This document shows, piece by piece, positions 1 to 12,490 of a DNA stretch of 32,744 nucleotides. A model generated the notes under the pieces. The model saw only the letters and a program-made list of their open reading frames with translations. It had not been told where the DNA came from and did not search any database. The stretch comes from Squatina squatina (lineage: Eukaryota): NCBI GenBank assembly GCA_031763465.1, contig JARFOE010000013.1, positions 5,911,392 through 5,944,135 on the forward strand. Direction: 5' to 3'. How positions within the stretch are numbered: position 1 is the first letter of the stretch; each line of letters begins with the position of its first letter. The translations under genes were made by a program, and so were the position numbers.

Positions 1-305
1 ATGTTAAACTGAGGCCCCGTCTGCTCTCACAGGTGGATGAAAAAGATCCCATGGCACTATTTTGAAGAAGAACAGGGGAGTTATCCCCAGTGTCCTGGTC
101 AAAATTTATCCCTCAATCAACATCACTAAAATACCGATTATCTGGTCATTATCACATTTCTGTTTGTGGGAGCTTGCTTTGCGCAATTTAGTTGCCATGT
201 TTCCTACGGTGACTGCACTTAAAAAAAAAGACTTAATTGGCTGTAAAGTGCTTTGTGACATCCGGTGGTAATGAAGGACACTATATAAATGCAAGTCTTT
301 CTTTC
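1..305 (+). mobile_element. Deu-domain SINE (SacSINE1/AmnSINE1-like), 3' part with L2-type tail
   Basis: Contains GAGGCCCCGTCTGCTCTC..GGTGGATGAAAAAGATCCCATGGCACTATTTTGAAGAAGAACAGGGGAG..ATTTATCCCTCAA..GATTATCTGGTCATTATCACATT..GTTTGTGGGAGCTTGC and ends CTATATAAATGCAAGTCTTTCTTTC. This matches my recollection of the DeuSINE central domain and tail. Confidence 0.88.
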
Positions 306-315
306 TGGTGCCTTT

Positions 316-378
316 CTCTGAAGCACTTTGGAATTTTTTTAATATTAAAATGCTCTATATAAATGCAAGTTATTGTTC
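316..378 (+). mobile_element. Second, older SINE/L2-type 3' tail
   Basis: CTGAAGCACTTTGG..AAAATGCTCTATATAAATGCAAGTTATTGTT repeats the tail motif seen at 241-305. Confidence 0.6.
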
Positions 379-3218
379 TTTAAAATAAAAACATTCAAAG
401 GTTTTCCTTTGTTTTGTAACAGGTCTATCTCCTATTCTAAACAGTAAAAAGATTTTATACATTGAAGTAATGCAAACAGTGAGGATATTAGAAAAGGCAA
501 CTGGTCAGGAATTATATTACAATTATGATTTTTAACCATTGTCCCTTACTAAGCACTGACTTGCAACACAACGCTATGCTTTCAAATGACCTTTCTCCTT
601 TTGGTATGCATGTTGTCTGCTATGCAATGAATAGAACTGGAAATGGTTGCACATACTGAATTATTTACGATTTGCATGTTGCAGCATACACAAAGAGTAA
701 TTATGTTTGGACAACACTGATGTCTCTGAAGTTCACCGGGTTTGAATAAAGAAGGTTTCTGTTTATTTACATGTGAAAAGAGTCATGTTTAAGATAGATT
801 GGAAGCTTCCCAATGAAGATTTATGATGAGAAACTTCAAGAGCAGGGTCCCAGAAGGGATGTTTGACTTATAGATTATAAATGATGGCTTTGAAAGGCAC
901 AAGAGGCTATATTCACCATGTTCGTTGCTCATGTTATTTTGTTGGAGCAGAGGAACTATCAGCATGAAGAACTGATTAGATAAAGATGTGGTAATTTATT
1001 GACATGCATCTGGCTCTCAGAGCAGTTCGAGGCAGCAGCCTCTATTTCAGACATGACATTAAAATGACTCACAGGGACCATAGCTACGGCAAGTGAGTTT
1101 TTGTTCATCTGGGGTTTTGTAGCATATTATTAATTGTATTTGAAAAACGTGACTTCTTGATGGTATGCAATTAACAGGCAGCAACAGATTTGTGTGGTGA
1201 ATATTATATGGAACAATATCAATAATAATTTTTGTCAATATGTCTGTGGAAAATCATCGTATAATTGATTACAGCTGCAATAATTATTGTTTTCTTTCTC
1301 AGGATTGCAATGAAATTTCAAGCATTTCATTAAAAATTTATCAAAGCATACCAAAGCATTGTCCAGAATTAAAGTTGTTTTTATAAAGGGCTGCATCAGT
1401 GACAAAGGCTGAGGGAAGATGTAAAGCTGTCTTTGCACAATATTATATTTGTGCAGTAACGATTGTATATACTCGGTTTTTCACAAACCCCTATTTTTTG
1501 AGGGGGACTGTGGTAGTTGTGGTAGCAAGCAAACTCTGTAACCTTGCAAAATGCATTATTTATGAACTGCCTTGAATGGTTGTTTGAAAAATTATTTTGT
1601 AAAAACATCATAGCGACTTTTCCAGTTGGACAAATATTTTCAGATTGGTTATTTTGCCGTGAGGAAACACTTCAGTTTGGACTGAAAGATTTCAAAATTC
1701 TTTCAAACCTTTTTTACTGCAACAGAAATTGAGCCTGCTTACTGCTCATAATTAATTCTATAGCCATAGATTAATGTGACCTCCAGCCGCTAACAGCAAC
1801 TATATATGTAGATCTACCAAGAACTTCCTTAGAGCTACTCATGCTCTGCTGCTGCAATTTGTCAGGAAGTGTGACAAAATCCCCGTTAACACATGTAAAC
1901 TCAGTTTTTGTTTCACTGTGNNNNNNNNNNNNNNNNNNNNNNNNNNNNNNNNNNNNNNNNNNNNNNNNNNNNNNNNNNNNNNNNNNNNNNNNNNNNNNNN
2001 NNNNNNNNNNNNNNNNNNNNAACATTGGATGTGTAAGAGCATAACATTCCCCACCTACTACCAGAACTTCTTTGCCTTTGGCCATGGTGAGTCGGAAGCA
2101 ACACTGTTGCTAAGAAATAGGTAGGTTGTGCCAGGTTGGGAGACCTGGGATGGGATGTGCATGACCACTGAAAGGATGTGAAAAGAAGATGTGTTCCGAG
2201 AATGTGAAATAAAATTGTTTTGATTGATTTATAAGGAATTTGAGCTCAATTAGTAATTTTTGTGTGAGGGCCACTTCTCATGTGTGAAGAATGCATGTCA
2301 GAGGCAACAGTTTTATTGATGTGATTCTCTCATGGCATTGCTCAAGGAGGCTCCCCAAAGCTTTTCTGAATGTTTTCATTCTATTATGACACCTGCTGCA
2401 ATTTTAAGTTCCCACCACAAATATGTTCCCTACACCCATCCAAATCTACACTTGAAGCTATGTTGATGAGTTGATCTTAGAAAATCAAAAAACACATATC
2501 ACACTTTCATTTGATTTGCCGAAAAGGCACCAAATCACATTCTGACATAAACTACATCAGAAGTTGACTGGGAAGTTCTGGAAAATAAAGTGTTGCATTT
2601 TAGCTCTGAAGACTCTGAAATTCCATCCTACCGCATGAGTCTCTGCCCAGATTCAATTATTAGGTGGATAAGCTTCTGTAATTGTTTACAAGGGCATGTT
2701 GGTATCTGACCTGGGAGTGCTTGATGCTCGAAGGCTCCTGAAATAAAACATGTTTCATTTCCCCAGAACAAGTTTCTTACTTTCATGAGCATACCATTCA
2801 TAAAAAAGAAGCAGCTCATGTGTATTAAACTGAATTTTTGACCTGAAAAATGATTTTTGAGAAATCTTGTAGCATCATCTTCATCTTAAATACCCATGTC
2901 ACTAATATTGCATGTAATTTATTCTTTTTGTGAGGCACCTTGGGAAGCTGGCTGAAGATAATGTGGTTAACCGTTGTTGGGATGGGAATCTGAGAGAGTT
3001 TGGTGTAATAAAAGCAGTGCTAATAATAGGAAAACAGTTGACGTGAGTGAGTGATAAATGGAAATTGGTTGAAGCACATATCAAATCTTGTCAAATGCAA
3101 CATGACACCCAACTTTAGCCAAGCCCAAAGGAATTTGTGACAAAGACAGCATTTGAAAATGATTGCTTTTGCCTTTTTTGTTTTTTCTGAGATTAATGGA
3201 CATGAAACATAGAGATTT

Positions 3219-3889
3219 GGGGGGCCCAATTGGAGTGTTTACGCCAGTGTGGAACGGGCGTAAAATGTGCATTAGTGTCCTTACACCTGCTGGTGGCGTC
3301 CCGGATGAAAGTTCAAGAATTCTTCTCAGGTTGACGTCGGCGGCATGGTGTCAGGCGGCGGCAGGTCTCGATGGCATCATCAGCCTGTACACCGCCGAAT
3401 CTGGACTCAAGCTTCGCGATTCCCCTGCGTCACCATCGCAAAAAGTCGCCGCTGCCCACACCCATTTTTTTAAATGCAGAGCACCTCCATGTTGCCAATG
3501 ATGGCGCTATTTAAAGGGATATGTTTGTCAGCCATTTTAAATCCTCTATTGTGGAAGCTGCTGCTGTGCAGCTGTAGTGGAAGTGCCAGGGTCATCAGTC
3601 AAGCATCAGCATTACATCGTGGCTTTGCATGCACCATTGAGGTTTACTTCTGATTATTTAAATTTCATTATGGGTGCTATTTTAGCAGTGGATATGGAGC
3701 TGCATCGTCACCACATGATTTACCTTAGACACGGGCGTAGGCTTCGTATATGGCGGAGGAAGATGAGTCACATCCAGAATGGGCCGAGGGCTGAGGAGCC
3801 AGATGGTGATGATGATGGGCATGGGCAGATGTGCTGTAGCAACAGCCAAGGCAGAATGCAGCTCCTGCTAGAGGTGCATGAGGCCGGTG
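3219..3889 (+). mobile_element. PIF/Harbinger-type DNA transposon 5' end with probable transposase N-terminus (truncated by gap)
   Basis: Starts GGGGGGCCCAATT, followed by a CpG-rich subterminal region and then an ATG at 3670 (MGAILAVDMELHRHHMIYLRHGRRLRIWRRK). The low-complexity Arg-rich start resembles Harbinger transposase N-termini. No catalytic motif is visible. Confidence 0.55.
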
Positions 3890-4669
3890 NNNNNNNNNNN
3901 NNNNNNNNNNNNNNNNNNNNNNNNNNNNNNNNNNNNNNNNNNNNNNNNNNNNNNNNNNNNNNNNNNNNNNNNNNNNNNNNNNNNNNNNNTTTCATGCTGA
4001 ATGACAACAGCTCAAATCAGAAGTGACCTGTATGGATTTATTGTGATTTTATATGATAGGGCTTTCCACCTTCACTTATTTGTGGCTGTTTATATAAGTG
4101 ATTTTTTTTTTTAATCTACACTTCTGACACTTGTTCTAAATATCTTTTGATAAGACTATTATTATTTAGCCTTCTTGATGCCATAGGCATGACAAAAGAA
4201 AATATCACCTTGGCCTTGACACCCACTATGCTGATAGATTGATTAATGTCTCTCCTCCAGAAAGCAAAGCTCCAGTAAACTAATTTCATTGTGACATTAG
4301 CCTTGAAACAGGTTTGAAGTTGTCCATATAGATAACATTTATCTGAAGTAGCAATTTGTCCATTATTTAGATATATAGGATAAAATGAAAATGACATACG
4401 GTCCACAGACAAATTTTGAAAAGGCTCAGAGCCATCAGTTTGCTGTAGGTCAGGTCAAGGGCTTTGTTAATCTAAAATCTAATAAAAATAGTTGATGGTA
4501 AAATGTNNNNNNNNNNCATACACCAAAGATTTTTAAAAATCAATACGATATTCTCATGAATACAAAAGTGCCACCAAAAGGAATAGCAGGCAGGGTATGA
4601 CCATCAGAGACTTCCACAATAAAATACTATGAACAAAGGCAATTTCGACAAATTAGCTTCTCAAAAGAT

Positions 4670-4749
4670 ATTGGGCAGTAAGAGGCAGGGGTGGGGCCTA
4701 TTAGGGACAAAAAAGGCAATATATTCTTAGAAGCACAAGGCAAGGCTAG
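4670..4749 (+). mobile_element. CR1 LINE ORF2 fragment
   Basis: Translates ..GVGPIRDKKGNIFLEAQGKA, like the CR1 inter-domain motif VGPLRD.KG.L..EAE.MAEVLN. Confidence 0.65.
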
Positions 4750-4849
4750 NNNNNNNNNNNNNNNNNNNNNNNNNNNNNNNNNNNNNNNNNNNNNNNNNNN
4801 NNNNNNNNNNNNNNNNNNNNNNNNNNNNNNNNNNNNNNNNNNNNNNNNN

Positions 4850-5010
4850 TGCACTCCCTCCATGGCAAGAACATCCTTCCTCAGATAAGGAGACCAAAAC
4901 TGCACACAAAACTCCAGATGTGGCCTCACCAAGGCCCTGTATAGCTGCAGTAAGATATCCTTGCTCCTGTACTCAAATCCTCTTGCAATGAAGGACAACA
5001 TACCATTTGC
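4850..5010 (-). mobile_element. CR1 LINE ORF2 C-terminal fragment (5'-truncated)
   Basis: ANGMLSFIARGFEYRSKDILLQLYRALVRPHLEFCVQFWSPYLRKDVLAMEGV, the canonical CR1 post-RT region. Confidence 0.95.
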
Positions 5011-5305
5011 AGGTAGGTAGGTCCCTTTTTCTTTTGCAGAGTCGGCAGTGTGGGACCTTCCCTGTAAGTGAGGAAAGAGCCCCTTGCACGTGGCAGTGTG
5101 GCACGGCCCAGTGTACAGCGCTGCTGAGGTGTCCATCCCGTTAACCGCCAGGGAGGAAGTGGAGCGCTGGATTTAGCGCTCCACTTCCTGCCGAGGGCGG
5201 TAACCCAAATTCCTGGAGAGGGGCGAGACTTCAGCGCCTGACGCGGAAGTCCCGCGCCTCCTGACTGTTACCGCCCCCACATGGGTCAAAACTGAATTTT
5301 TCCCC
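5011..5305 (-). mobile_element. Harbinger-type transposon terminus with subterminal inverted repeats
   Basis: The minus strand begins GGGGAAAAATT. It contains a perfect 15-bp inverted repeat (5154-5168/5175-5189) and is clearly homologous to 16296-16460. Confidence 0.6.
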
Positions 5306-7241
5306 ATGCGAGTTTTAATTCTTCTACCTTTAACTTTATGTATAGATCAGATAGGAAGCAAATGGCAGGAGGATTACTTTTAACTAAAACAGCCAAGCTC
5401 GGTTTAATACAGCCCATTTAAAATGAGATGATGTCACCTGGCAAGGGTAATCAAGCACTCTAATTTAATTTGAAACGTGTTAAATATAGAAGAACGAATA
5501 CCTGGGAGTGAGTGAGCTACGGGACTGGAAGCTAATCAAGGGGTTCAGATGTAATGGCCCAAGGGGTTTGTGAATGTCACCTGAACACTGAGATCAGAAT
5601 GAAACCTTTCCCTCGCTCCTCAGCGTGTGCTGATCTCAGCTCTGTGCTGAATGTCATTCAGAATAGAAAGGTGCTCTATACCTTTGTCCTATCATTCCTG
5701 CTGCTCAACAGAAAAGTAATTTCGAAAATTCAGCTCATAATGGAAATTTTGCCAAAACCCATTAATAATACTAAGCCCTGCTCCAGTAGAGCAGACATAC
5801 TTAGTACAGTTATATTATAATTTTATCGTACCCTCTGGGACCCCGTCAAAGGAGCATTACTAATACTGGAATGAAGCCAGCAGTTTTCCTCAGAACCATT
5901 ATTCAACTTGCTGTATTTATTGTTCTATAAAAGACAGTGAAAATTCTGCAGCACATTCCAAAACAAAATAGTCTCACCTTGTTGTACAATTATCAATGAG
6001 TTGTCTCTCATTTGGTGTACCTCCCATTATGTCCACAAGTCCAGTTTTTTCTTGACGGTTGGTGAGTACAGATGTCTCAATTCAACGAATTTCCTGAGGA
6101 AAAAGTGTTAAAGATGTATTTTTACTTGGTAACAGGCCACAACCCCCACAGCTGGTCTATAAAACTTAGCAGTTCCAGAAAATGAGCTCTGGATTGACAG
6201 AACGTTGGCAAGATAAGAGCTTAAATAACAAATATGGACATTTGATGGCAACAGTTAGAGCTAAAAATTTCCAAGGACAAGATCAGTTGCAGACGGTATA
6301 ACGCATAACCTTGAATGTCAAAATGCAATGCAAAATTAAATAGAAGACTCTATAAAGCAGTAGGTTTTGACCTTCTGCTTTATGGCAGCTTCAAGAGCCT
6401 AAACTGCATTATTACCTCGTAACACAGTCAACTATTCATCTAAATATTGGATACTTCGATGCACGCTTACTGTAATAAATTAACAGAAGATGGCTCCCTA
6501 TCCTTTTAAATAGGTGTGTGAGACCAACAAGATATTTCACAGCTTGTAAAGATGCAATCATGGACTGTTACTGAATAATTTATTAGAGCAGTGCCCTTAA
6601 GGATTATGATGCATTATTATATCTGTTACCAATGTGTGCATTGAGGTAATATTTCATATTTTATGGGAGTGGTTATTTCAAATGGCCTGTGATATTGTGG
6701 TACCCATCTTGTATGACTGTGGGGGTGTTTGGCTGTGGAAAAAAATCCTTTCCAATGAAGCATTTCACAATAGCCATGCTGTATTTAGGAAAAATGATTC
6801 TCTTTGTATGTAAGGGAGTGAATTTATCTTACGATGGTAGATGTGCTTTTTTGACACTGCTTATCACGTTGATGACAGTCAGGAGAGGTTCTGTTGGAAT
6901 GCTTATGATTCTGTATGACACAGGTTTCATTACAGTGCAGTATAAATGCCACATGCATGCTTCACTAGATGACAATAGATAGCTGCAGTGACTTTGCATC
7001 TAATTGTTATTCATNNNNNNNNNNNNNNNNNNNNNNNNNNNNNNNNNNNNNNNNNNNNNNNNNNNNNNNNNNNNNNNNNNNNNNNNNNNNNNNNNNNNNN
7101 NNNNNNNNNNNNNNAACAAAATCCAATTCCCTGGTTTCTGATATAGGTACAGGTCTCAGAGCAATAATGTTCGTGGAAACAAAAATGAACTCCATTGGTA
7201 AATTGAATGACTTTTTATGTTTTTCTTTTGTTAGAAACGTT

Positions 7242-7399
7242 GGGGGATAATTTCTATTGGCGTTCTCCCGATCTCCCACCACAACTTTGGTGGAAACCCT
7301 GGGAAAATGGCATATCTGCCCATTTTTAGCTCTTTACGTTTTGGGGGTTCTGCCGAATTTACAGCAGGCGAATGCAAGTACCTAGTGAAGTTTATCCGC
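7242..7399. mobile_element. Short MITE-like element (Harbinger-type ends)
   Basis: GGGGGATAATTTC at the left and GAAGTTTATCCGC at the right form a degenerate terminal inverted repeat. GC/CpG content is higher than the flanks. Confidence 0.45.
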
Positions 7400-8102
7400 A
7401 TTGGATTCCTACACTTGCCCCAGATTTGTAAGTGCACATTCAAGGGTCATCATCTTGAGCATATTTCCCCTGTGTGCATCTGGAAACAGAAATTTATTTG
7501 CATCAGCATCGCAGAGTGCTAATGAGTCGATTTACATGCAAAAATTAATAACATTCTACTCTTTAATGCAAATGTTTTCATTCTAAGTTTTCATACTTCT
7601 ATTGCTGAGGGGACAAGCAAACAATCTGCTTCCAGAGAATCAGCAATAATCACTTGCCATCAAGCAGCAGGAGGTACAAGGTGCCAGCCTGGTATGATGC
7701 TCCCTTTTCATTCTCCTTTCTTTATTTAACAAAAACAACTTTGATATTTACTGCAATTGCCTCCTAGCCAGTTTAATAATTGACGTGATTTCATAAATAA
7801 TGTAGGGTGCTAAACTGCTGTGAAATATTGATGTCTCCAGAGTCACTGTAAATGTGCTTACCACCACTTCTTTGCTGTGGTTTGCACATTTCCCCTGCAA
7901 AGTTTCTCAATTAAAAGATCAAAATGATTTCCTGTCTTTTTATCCCATATTAAACCTCTGCATTAAGTAAAACTGATCTGAGAGCACTGGTACCTGCACA
8001 TATTTATTGGATGCACTCTTTTGGCTCCTGACAGCTATCTTAACTCTTGGTTTCCTTTATAATACATTAAGATGAAGCCATTTCTGTGAACTCAATATTT
8101 TT

Positions 8103-8379
8103 AAAACTCATTCTCAGGATATGGGCATCACTAGCAAGGCTGGTATTTATTGCCCATTACCCATTGCCCCTGAAAAGATGGTGGTTGGCCTTTTTCTTGA
8201 ACTGCTGTAATCTGTGTGGTGAAGGTACTTACACAGTATCGTTAGGTAGGGAGTTCCAGGATTTTAACACAGCGACGATGAAAGAATGGCAATATATGTT
8301 CACTTAGCATTGTGTGTGACTTGGAGGGGAAATTGGAGGTGATGGTGTTCCCATTCATCTGCTGCCCTTGTTCTGCTAG
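8103..8379 (-). mobile_element. CR1-group LINE (second shark family) 3' end
   Basis: The minus strand encodes SRTRAADEWEHHHLQFPLQVTH.. and, after frameshifts, ..KSWNSLPN.., an ORF2 C-terminus I recognise from an abundant shark LINE family. Confidence 0.75.
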
Positions 8380-8814
8380 NNNNNNNNNNNNNNNNNNNNN
8401 NNNNNNNNNNNNNNNNNNNNNNNNNNNNNNNNNNNNNNNNNNNNNNNNNNNNNNNNNNNNNNNNNNNNNNNNNNNNNNNTACAGCACTTTCCTGTTTTAG
8501 TTTTGTTAGTACCTCTTTGTCACAGAGAAACTTATTCAATATGAACTTGACTATGTATTAAAGCTGAACAACAATGTGCTGGACAAGGTCACTGGTTTCT
8601 CTTTGAGTTGGTGATAGGTTTCCTGGACAAGGGGGATGTTTTCTTGCCTGTTTTCATTGAATAGCTCTCAAATCTCACTGTTCTCCTAACACTCAAAGCC
8701 TGATCTATTCTGAGCTTAAATAGGCAATTTGCTCATAGCTTTGCATTTTTCATGCTATAGTTTTTTAAAAGGTTTGTGAAATTTAGCAACATTACTGTAG
8801 AGAATGCTCAGTAA

Positions 8815-8895
8815 AATAAATGGACAGTGGTGCTAATGCAGACTTGATGGAGTGAATGACATGTTTCTGTACTGTAATATTCTCTGATTCTATGA
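8815..8895 (+). mobile_element. CR1 3' tail remnant
   Basis: GATGGAGTGAATGACATGTTTCTGTACTGTAATATTCTCTGATTCTATGA resembles the CR1 3' stem-loop plus (ATTCTRTG)n tail. Confidence 0.6.
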
Positions 8896-9736
8896 ACTGA
8901 ACTCTATTTCTTTATTGATTTGGAAATATAGCCACATATTACAGTTAATGTATATGTGATAAGGGAGATTGTATTAAAATTATCCTAGTAGTCTTGCCAG
9001 CAGAATTCTTGTCATGATTAGGCACTGTTTAATTCGATGTGCTAATTGAGAGAGTCACTTTTTACTGCAGCTAATTTATACAATAATACTTGAACTATTT
9101 GCTTTTAAGTGAAAGAACAAAATCTGCTTCAGTACTTTTTTTAACTCCAAGGGGAAAATGTATTATGTTGGGCGATTTGTCATAAAATCATAGACATGTA
9201 ATGTATGCTGAAATATCGAGTCAGACAATTTGTCTTATAAATCAGCATTTAATACACTCTCAGGCTTTTACTTTGCTCATGTTGGCCATTAAAGGATGAT
9301 TAACCGTGGAGACATGAAACAAAAAGAATAAAAGTTCACAGTTGACATTTTTTAAGAAAAAAGAGCTTACCCTGAACAGAGATTATATATTGTATAAATG
9401 AAAGGGGGAAAAAAATCCCACATGTGTTAAATTAACCTTTTCTGCAGAAGAAGACTTTATCATACAGTTCTGTGTAGTACCTACTAACAGATTATGTCCT
9501 ATGCTCTTCGTTAAATTATTCCAACCGCCACCTGCCTATTCAAAATACCGTCACCTCACTCTTGGGAATACTACAAGTCCCGATTCCGAATTAACTCAAT
9601 TGACAAAATTTGCTGTATTTAATATTTGTAGCTTTTAATTTACAGATTTTTGGGGGATTTACATTTACATTTGTCTGGTAATCTCTAAAAGTGGCATCAG
9701 AATTTATTTGGTCACTATGTGTAACAACTTTGTAAA

Positions 9737-9833
9737 TATGGTGGTGGACCATTAAACAACTAATGGGAGGAAAAGACTCCATGAATATCCCCATCCTCAA
9801 TGAAGGTGGAGCCCAGCACATGAGTGCAAAAGA
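9737..9833 (+). mobile_element. CR1-group LINE ORF2 internal fragment (second family)
   Basis: WWTIKQLMGGKDSMNIPILNEGGAQHMSAK, the region between endonuclease and RT. Confidence 0.7.
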
Positions 9834-9933
9834 NNNNNNNNNNNNNNNNNNNNNNNNNNNNNNNNNNNNNNNNNNNNNNNNNNNNNNNNNNNNNNNNNNN
9901 NNNNNNNNNNNNNNNNNNNNNNNNNNNNNNNNN

Positions 9934-10746
9934 CAGAGGAAGTCATTCGGCCTGTGGTGCCTTTGCCGATGCTTTGAAAGAGCTGTCCAATTTAGACCCA
10001 CACCCCAACTTTTTCCCCATAACCCTGCAAATTATTCCTCTTCAAATATATGTCCAATTCCATTTTGAAACTTCCTGTGGAATCTGATTCCATAGTTTTC
10101 TCTACTTGCTCTATGAAAACCCCTCATAATTTTGAATGCCTTGATTAGGTCTCTCCTTAACCTTCTCTGTTCTAATGAGAACCCCAGATTCTCCAGTCTC
10201 TCCACATGCCTGGTGTCATCCTGGTAAACTTTCTCTATACCCTCTCCGGGGCCTTGACATCTTTCCTACAGTGTCGTTCCCAGAATTGTATACAATATTC
10301 TAGCTGAGTTCTAACCAGTAATTTGTCAAGGTTTAGCATGACTTCTTTGTTTTTATATTCAATGTCCCTATTTACAAAGCCAAGTATCCCCTACGCTTTC
10401 TTAACCGCCTTATCAACTTGCCCTGCCAACCTCAAGTGTTTGTGACAATGCATCGTCCGGTCCCTCTGCTCTTGCACCCCACTCAAAATAGATTTTTTTG
10501 CCACTCCATATTGTTTCTCCCAAAGTGCATTATGTCACATTTATCTGCATTAATTGCACCTGCCATGTGTCTGCCCATTTCACCAGTCTGTCCGTATCCT
10601 CCTGAAGTCTGCTACTATCCTGTTAACTATTTACCACATTGTCAAGTTTTGTATTATCCAGAAACTTCAAAATTGAACTTCCTTTACCCAGGTCCAGGTC
10701 ATTTGTATATAACAAGAAAAGCAATGGTCCTAATCCTGACCCTTGG
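9934..10746 (-). mobile_element. CR1 LINE, RT to 3' UTR
   Basis: QGSGLGPLLFLLYTNDLDLG..KFLDNTKL (decayed PQGSVLGP and FADDTKL motifs), followed by C-terminal and 3'UTR-like sequence. Confidence 0.9.
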
Positions 10747-11510
10747 NNNNNNNNNNNNNNNNNNNNNNNNNNNNNNNNNNNNNNNNNNNNNNNNNNNNNN
10801 NNNNNNNNNNNNNNNNNNNNNNNNNNNNNNNNNNNNNNNNNNNNNNCACACATGAATAATGACCACTTGGGCAAGGTATTAATTTTCATGTTGTCCAGTC
10901 TGTTAATGGTCAGTGTAATTACATACTATGAAATGAAAGCAATTATGCATACAGTGTTTACTGCTGGTGCATAATTAGGAAGTAATTATGTGTACACCTG
11001 CAAAGCTATTGCTCATGTTTTTGTGGCATTCCATAATTCATTGACTAATAAACAACAAAAAATCTATTACTTACAGTTTTGCTGATGTAAGGGGCTGTAT
11101 ACAAATAAGTGTTTAGCTATTTATGGTGTTGCTGTGGAAACAATCGTATTAGGCATGATAACCTGCAGCTCTTACAAGCAAGCTTCATTACATGGTTTGA
11201 TTAAAATTTTTGCTGAAATATCAGCTCCCAATATCTATATATTGGCTACTGCAGGTTTTCCTTCTCTTTCAGTACCTTATTCTTTTAACAACTAAAATAT
11301 TATCACTAGACAACTGAAGATGCCTTTTCTTTTGTAAAATTAAATTATCTAGCCCTGTGCCATTATTCTGCAGTGATCTTTTTTCCACCAGCTGCTTTCA
11401 TTAATTGCCCTAGGTTTTTCTTGTAATCTTAGACCTGGCGCTGACAGAGCAGACATTACCTCAACAATTACCCTGTGTCCTATTGTGTAATAAACAGTAT
11501 TCTTCAATAA

Positions 11511-11560
11511 TCACAACAACATCTATTTATACAGCACCTTTAACATGGTAAAATATACTA
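11511..11560 (-). mobile_element. SINE/L2-type 3' tail
   Basis: Reverse complement reads TTAAAGGTGCTGTATAAATAGATGTTGTTG, the same tail motif as 316-378. Confidence 0.55.
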
Positions 11561-11689
11561 NNNNNNNNNNNNNNNNNNNNNNNNNNNNNNNNNNNNNNNN
11601 NNNNNNNNNNNNNNNNNNNNNNNNNNNNNNNNNNNNNNNNNNNNNNNNNNNNNNNNNNNNCTTTCTGCTGAACGTGTAAGGTTAATATC

Positions 11690-11770
11690 GCCCCATGCCT
11701 GTGCCAGGTCTTTGAAAGAGCTATTCAACTAGCTCCACTTCCCTGCTCTTTCCCCATAATCCTGCAAAAT
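11690..11770 (-). mobile_element. CR1 3' UTR fragment
   Basis: TGCC..TCTTTGAAAGAGCTATTCAACTAG..TTTCCCCATAATCCTGCAAA is near-identical to 9960-10030. Confidence 0.65.
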
Positions 11771-12490
11771 ATATTTAGAGGTATATATTTATATAGAGTA
11801 GAGATATAAACAGACACAAACATTTTAAGAGTATGAATTTTAATATTTACTTTGGAATTGTTGCTGACAGCATCATAAGCAGAGTTATAAATATTCATAA
11901 TTATTTAGTGTAAGCCTCAGCATTGTCCTATTGACAAGTACAATGATAACTGCCCCATAGCAGCAGTTTAATTTTTTTGAAAAACTGCAAATTAAAGAAT
12001 GCTTTGAAATTCCCTGCTGTTTCTTTAGTTTCTTTTTATGTAAATGGAAATTTCCTGCAGATTAAAAACAGACATTGGCACGCGCTCCCCATTTTCAAGA
12101 CATCGTTTTAAGGAAATGGGGCGATTTAAACAGGGTAATTTAGGTGGCAACAAATCATTTAAAATAAAATATGCATTTTGAGCAAACAAATTGCAGCTTT
12201 TAGCAGAGTTGTGAACTTCACTAAATGCACCACAACTAATTCAAATGCAGGGTTAGTGAAGCAGACTGTGTGGAAATTGTTAATTTTATGCAAACAGCTG
12301 GGATATGAGTTTTGTAAAAAACATATATAATACTCTCTCCGGGGTCATAGCATGTTTGTTAGAGTTTATGGATAGAAGGCAACAGTTTAGNNNNNNNNNN
12401 NNNNNNNNNNNNNNNNNNNNNNNNNNNNNNNNNNNNNNNNNNNNNNNNNNNNNNNNNNNNNNNNNNNNNNNNNNNNNNNNNNNNNNNNNN

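Noticed and set aside
780-960. Faint piggyBac-like peptide (MMALK..KR..TM..H)
   Set aside because: It needs several assumed frameshifts and shows no catalytic motif.
2632-2737. Possible minus-strand exon (TTTTATTTCAG| GAFEHQALPGQIPTCPCKQLQKLIHLIIESGQRLM |GTAGGA)
   Set aside because: The splice sites are plausible, but the peptide is unrecognised and no compatible neighbouring exons were found.
6352-6383. 14-bp hairpin ATAAAGCAGTAGGT/ACCTTCTGCTTTAT
   Set aside because: Too short for a pre-miRNA, with no ncRNA hallmark; not supportable as functional.
9570-9581. ACTACAAGTCCC ZNF143-like motif
   Set aside because: Isolated, in AT-rich sequence, with no CpG island or other promoter motifs.
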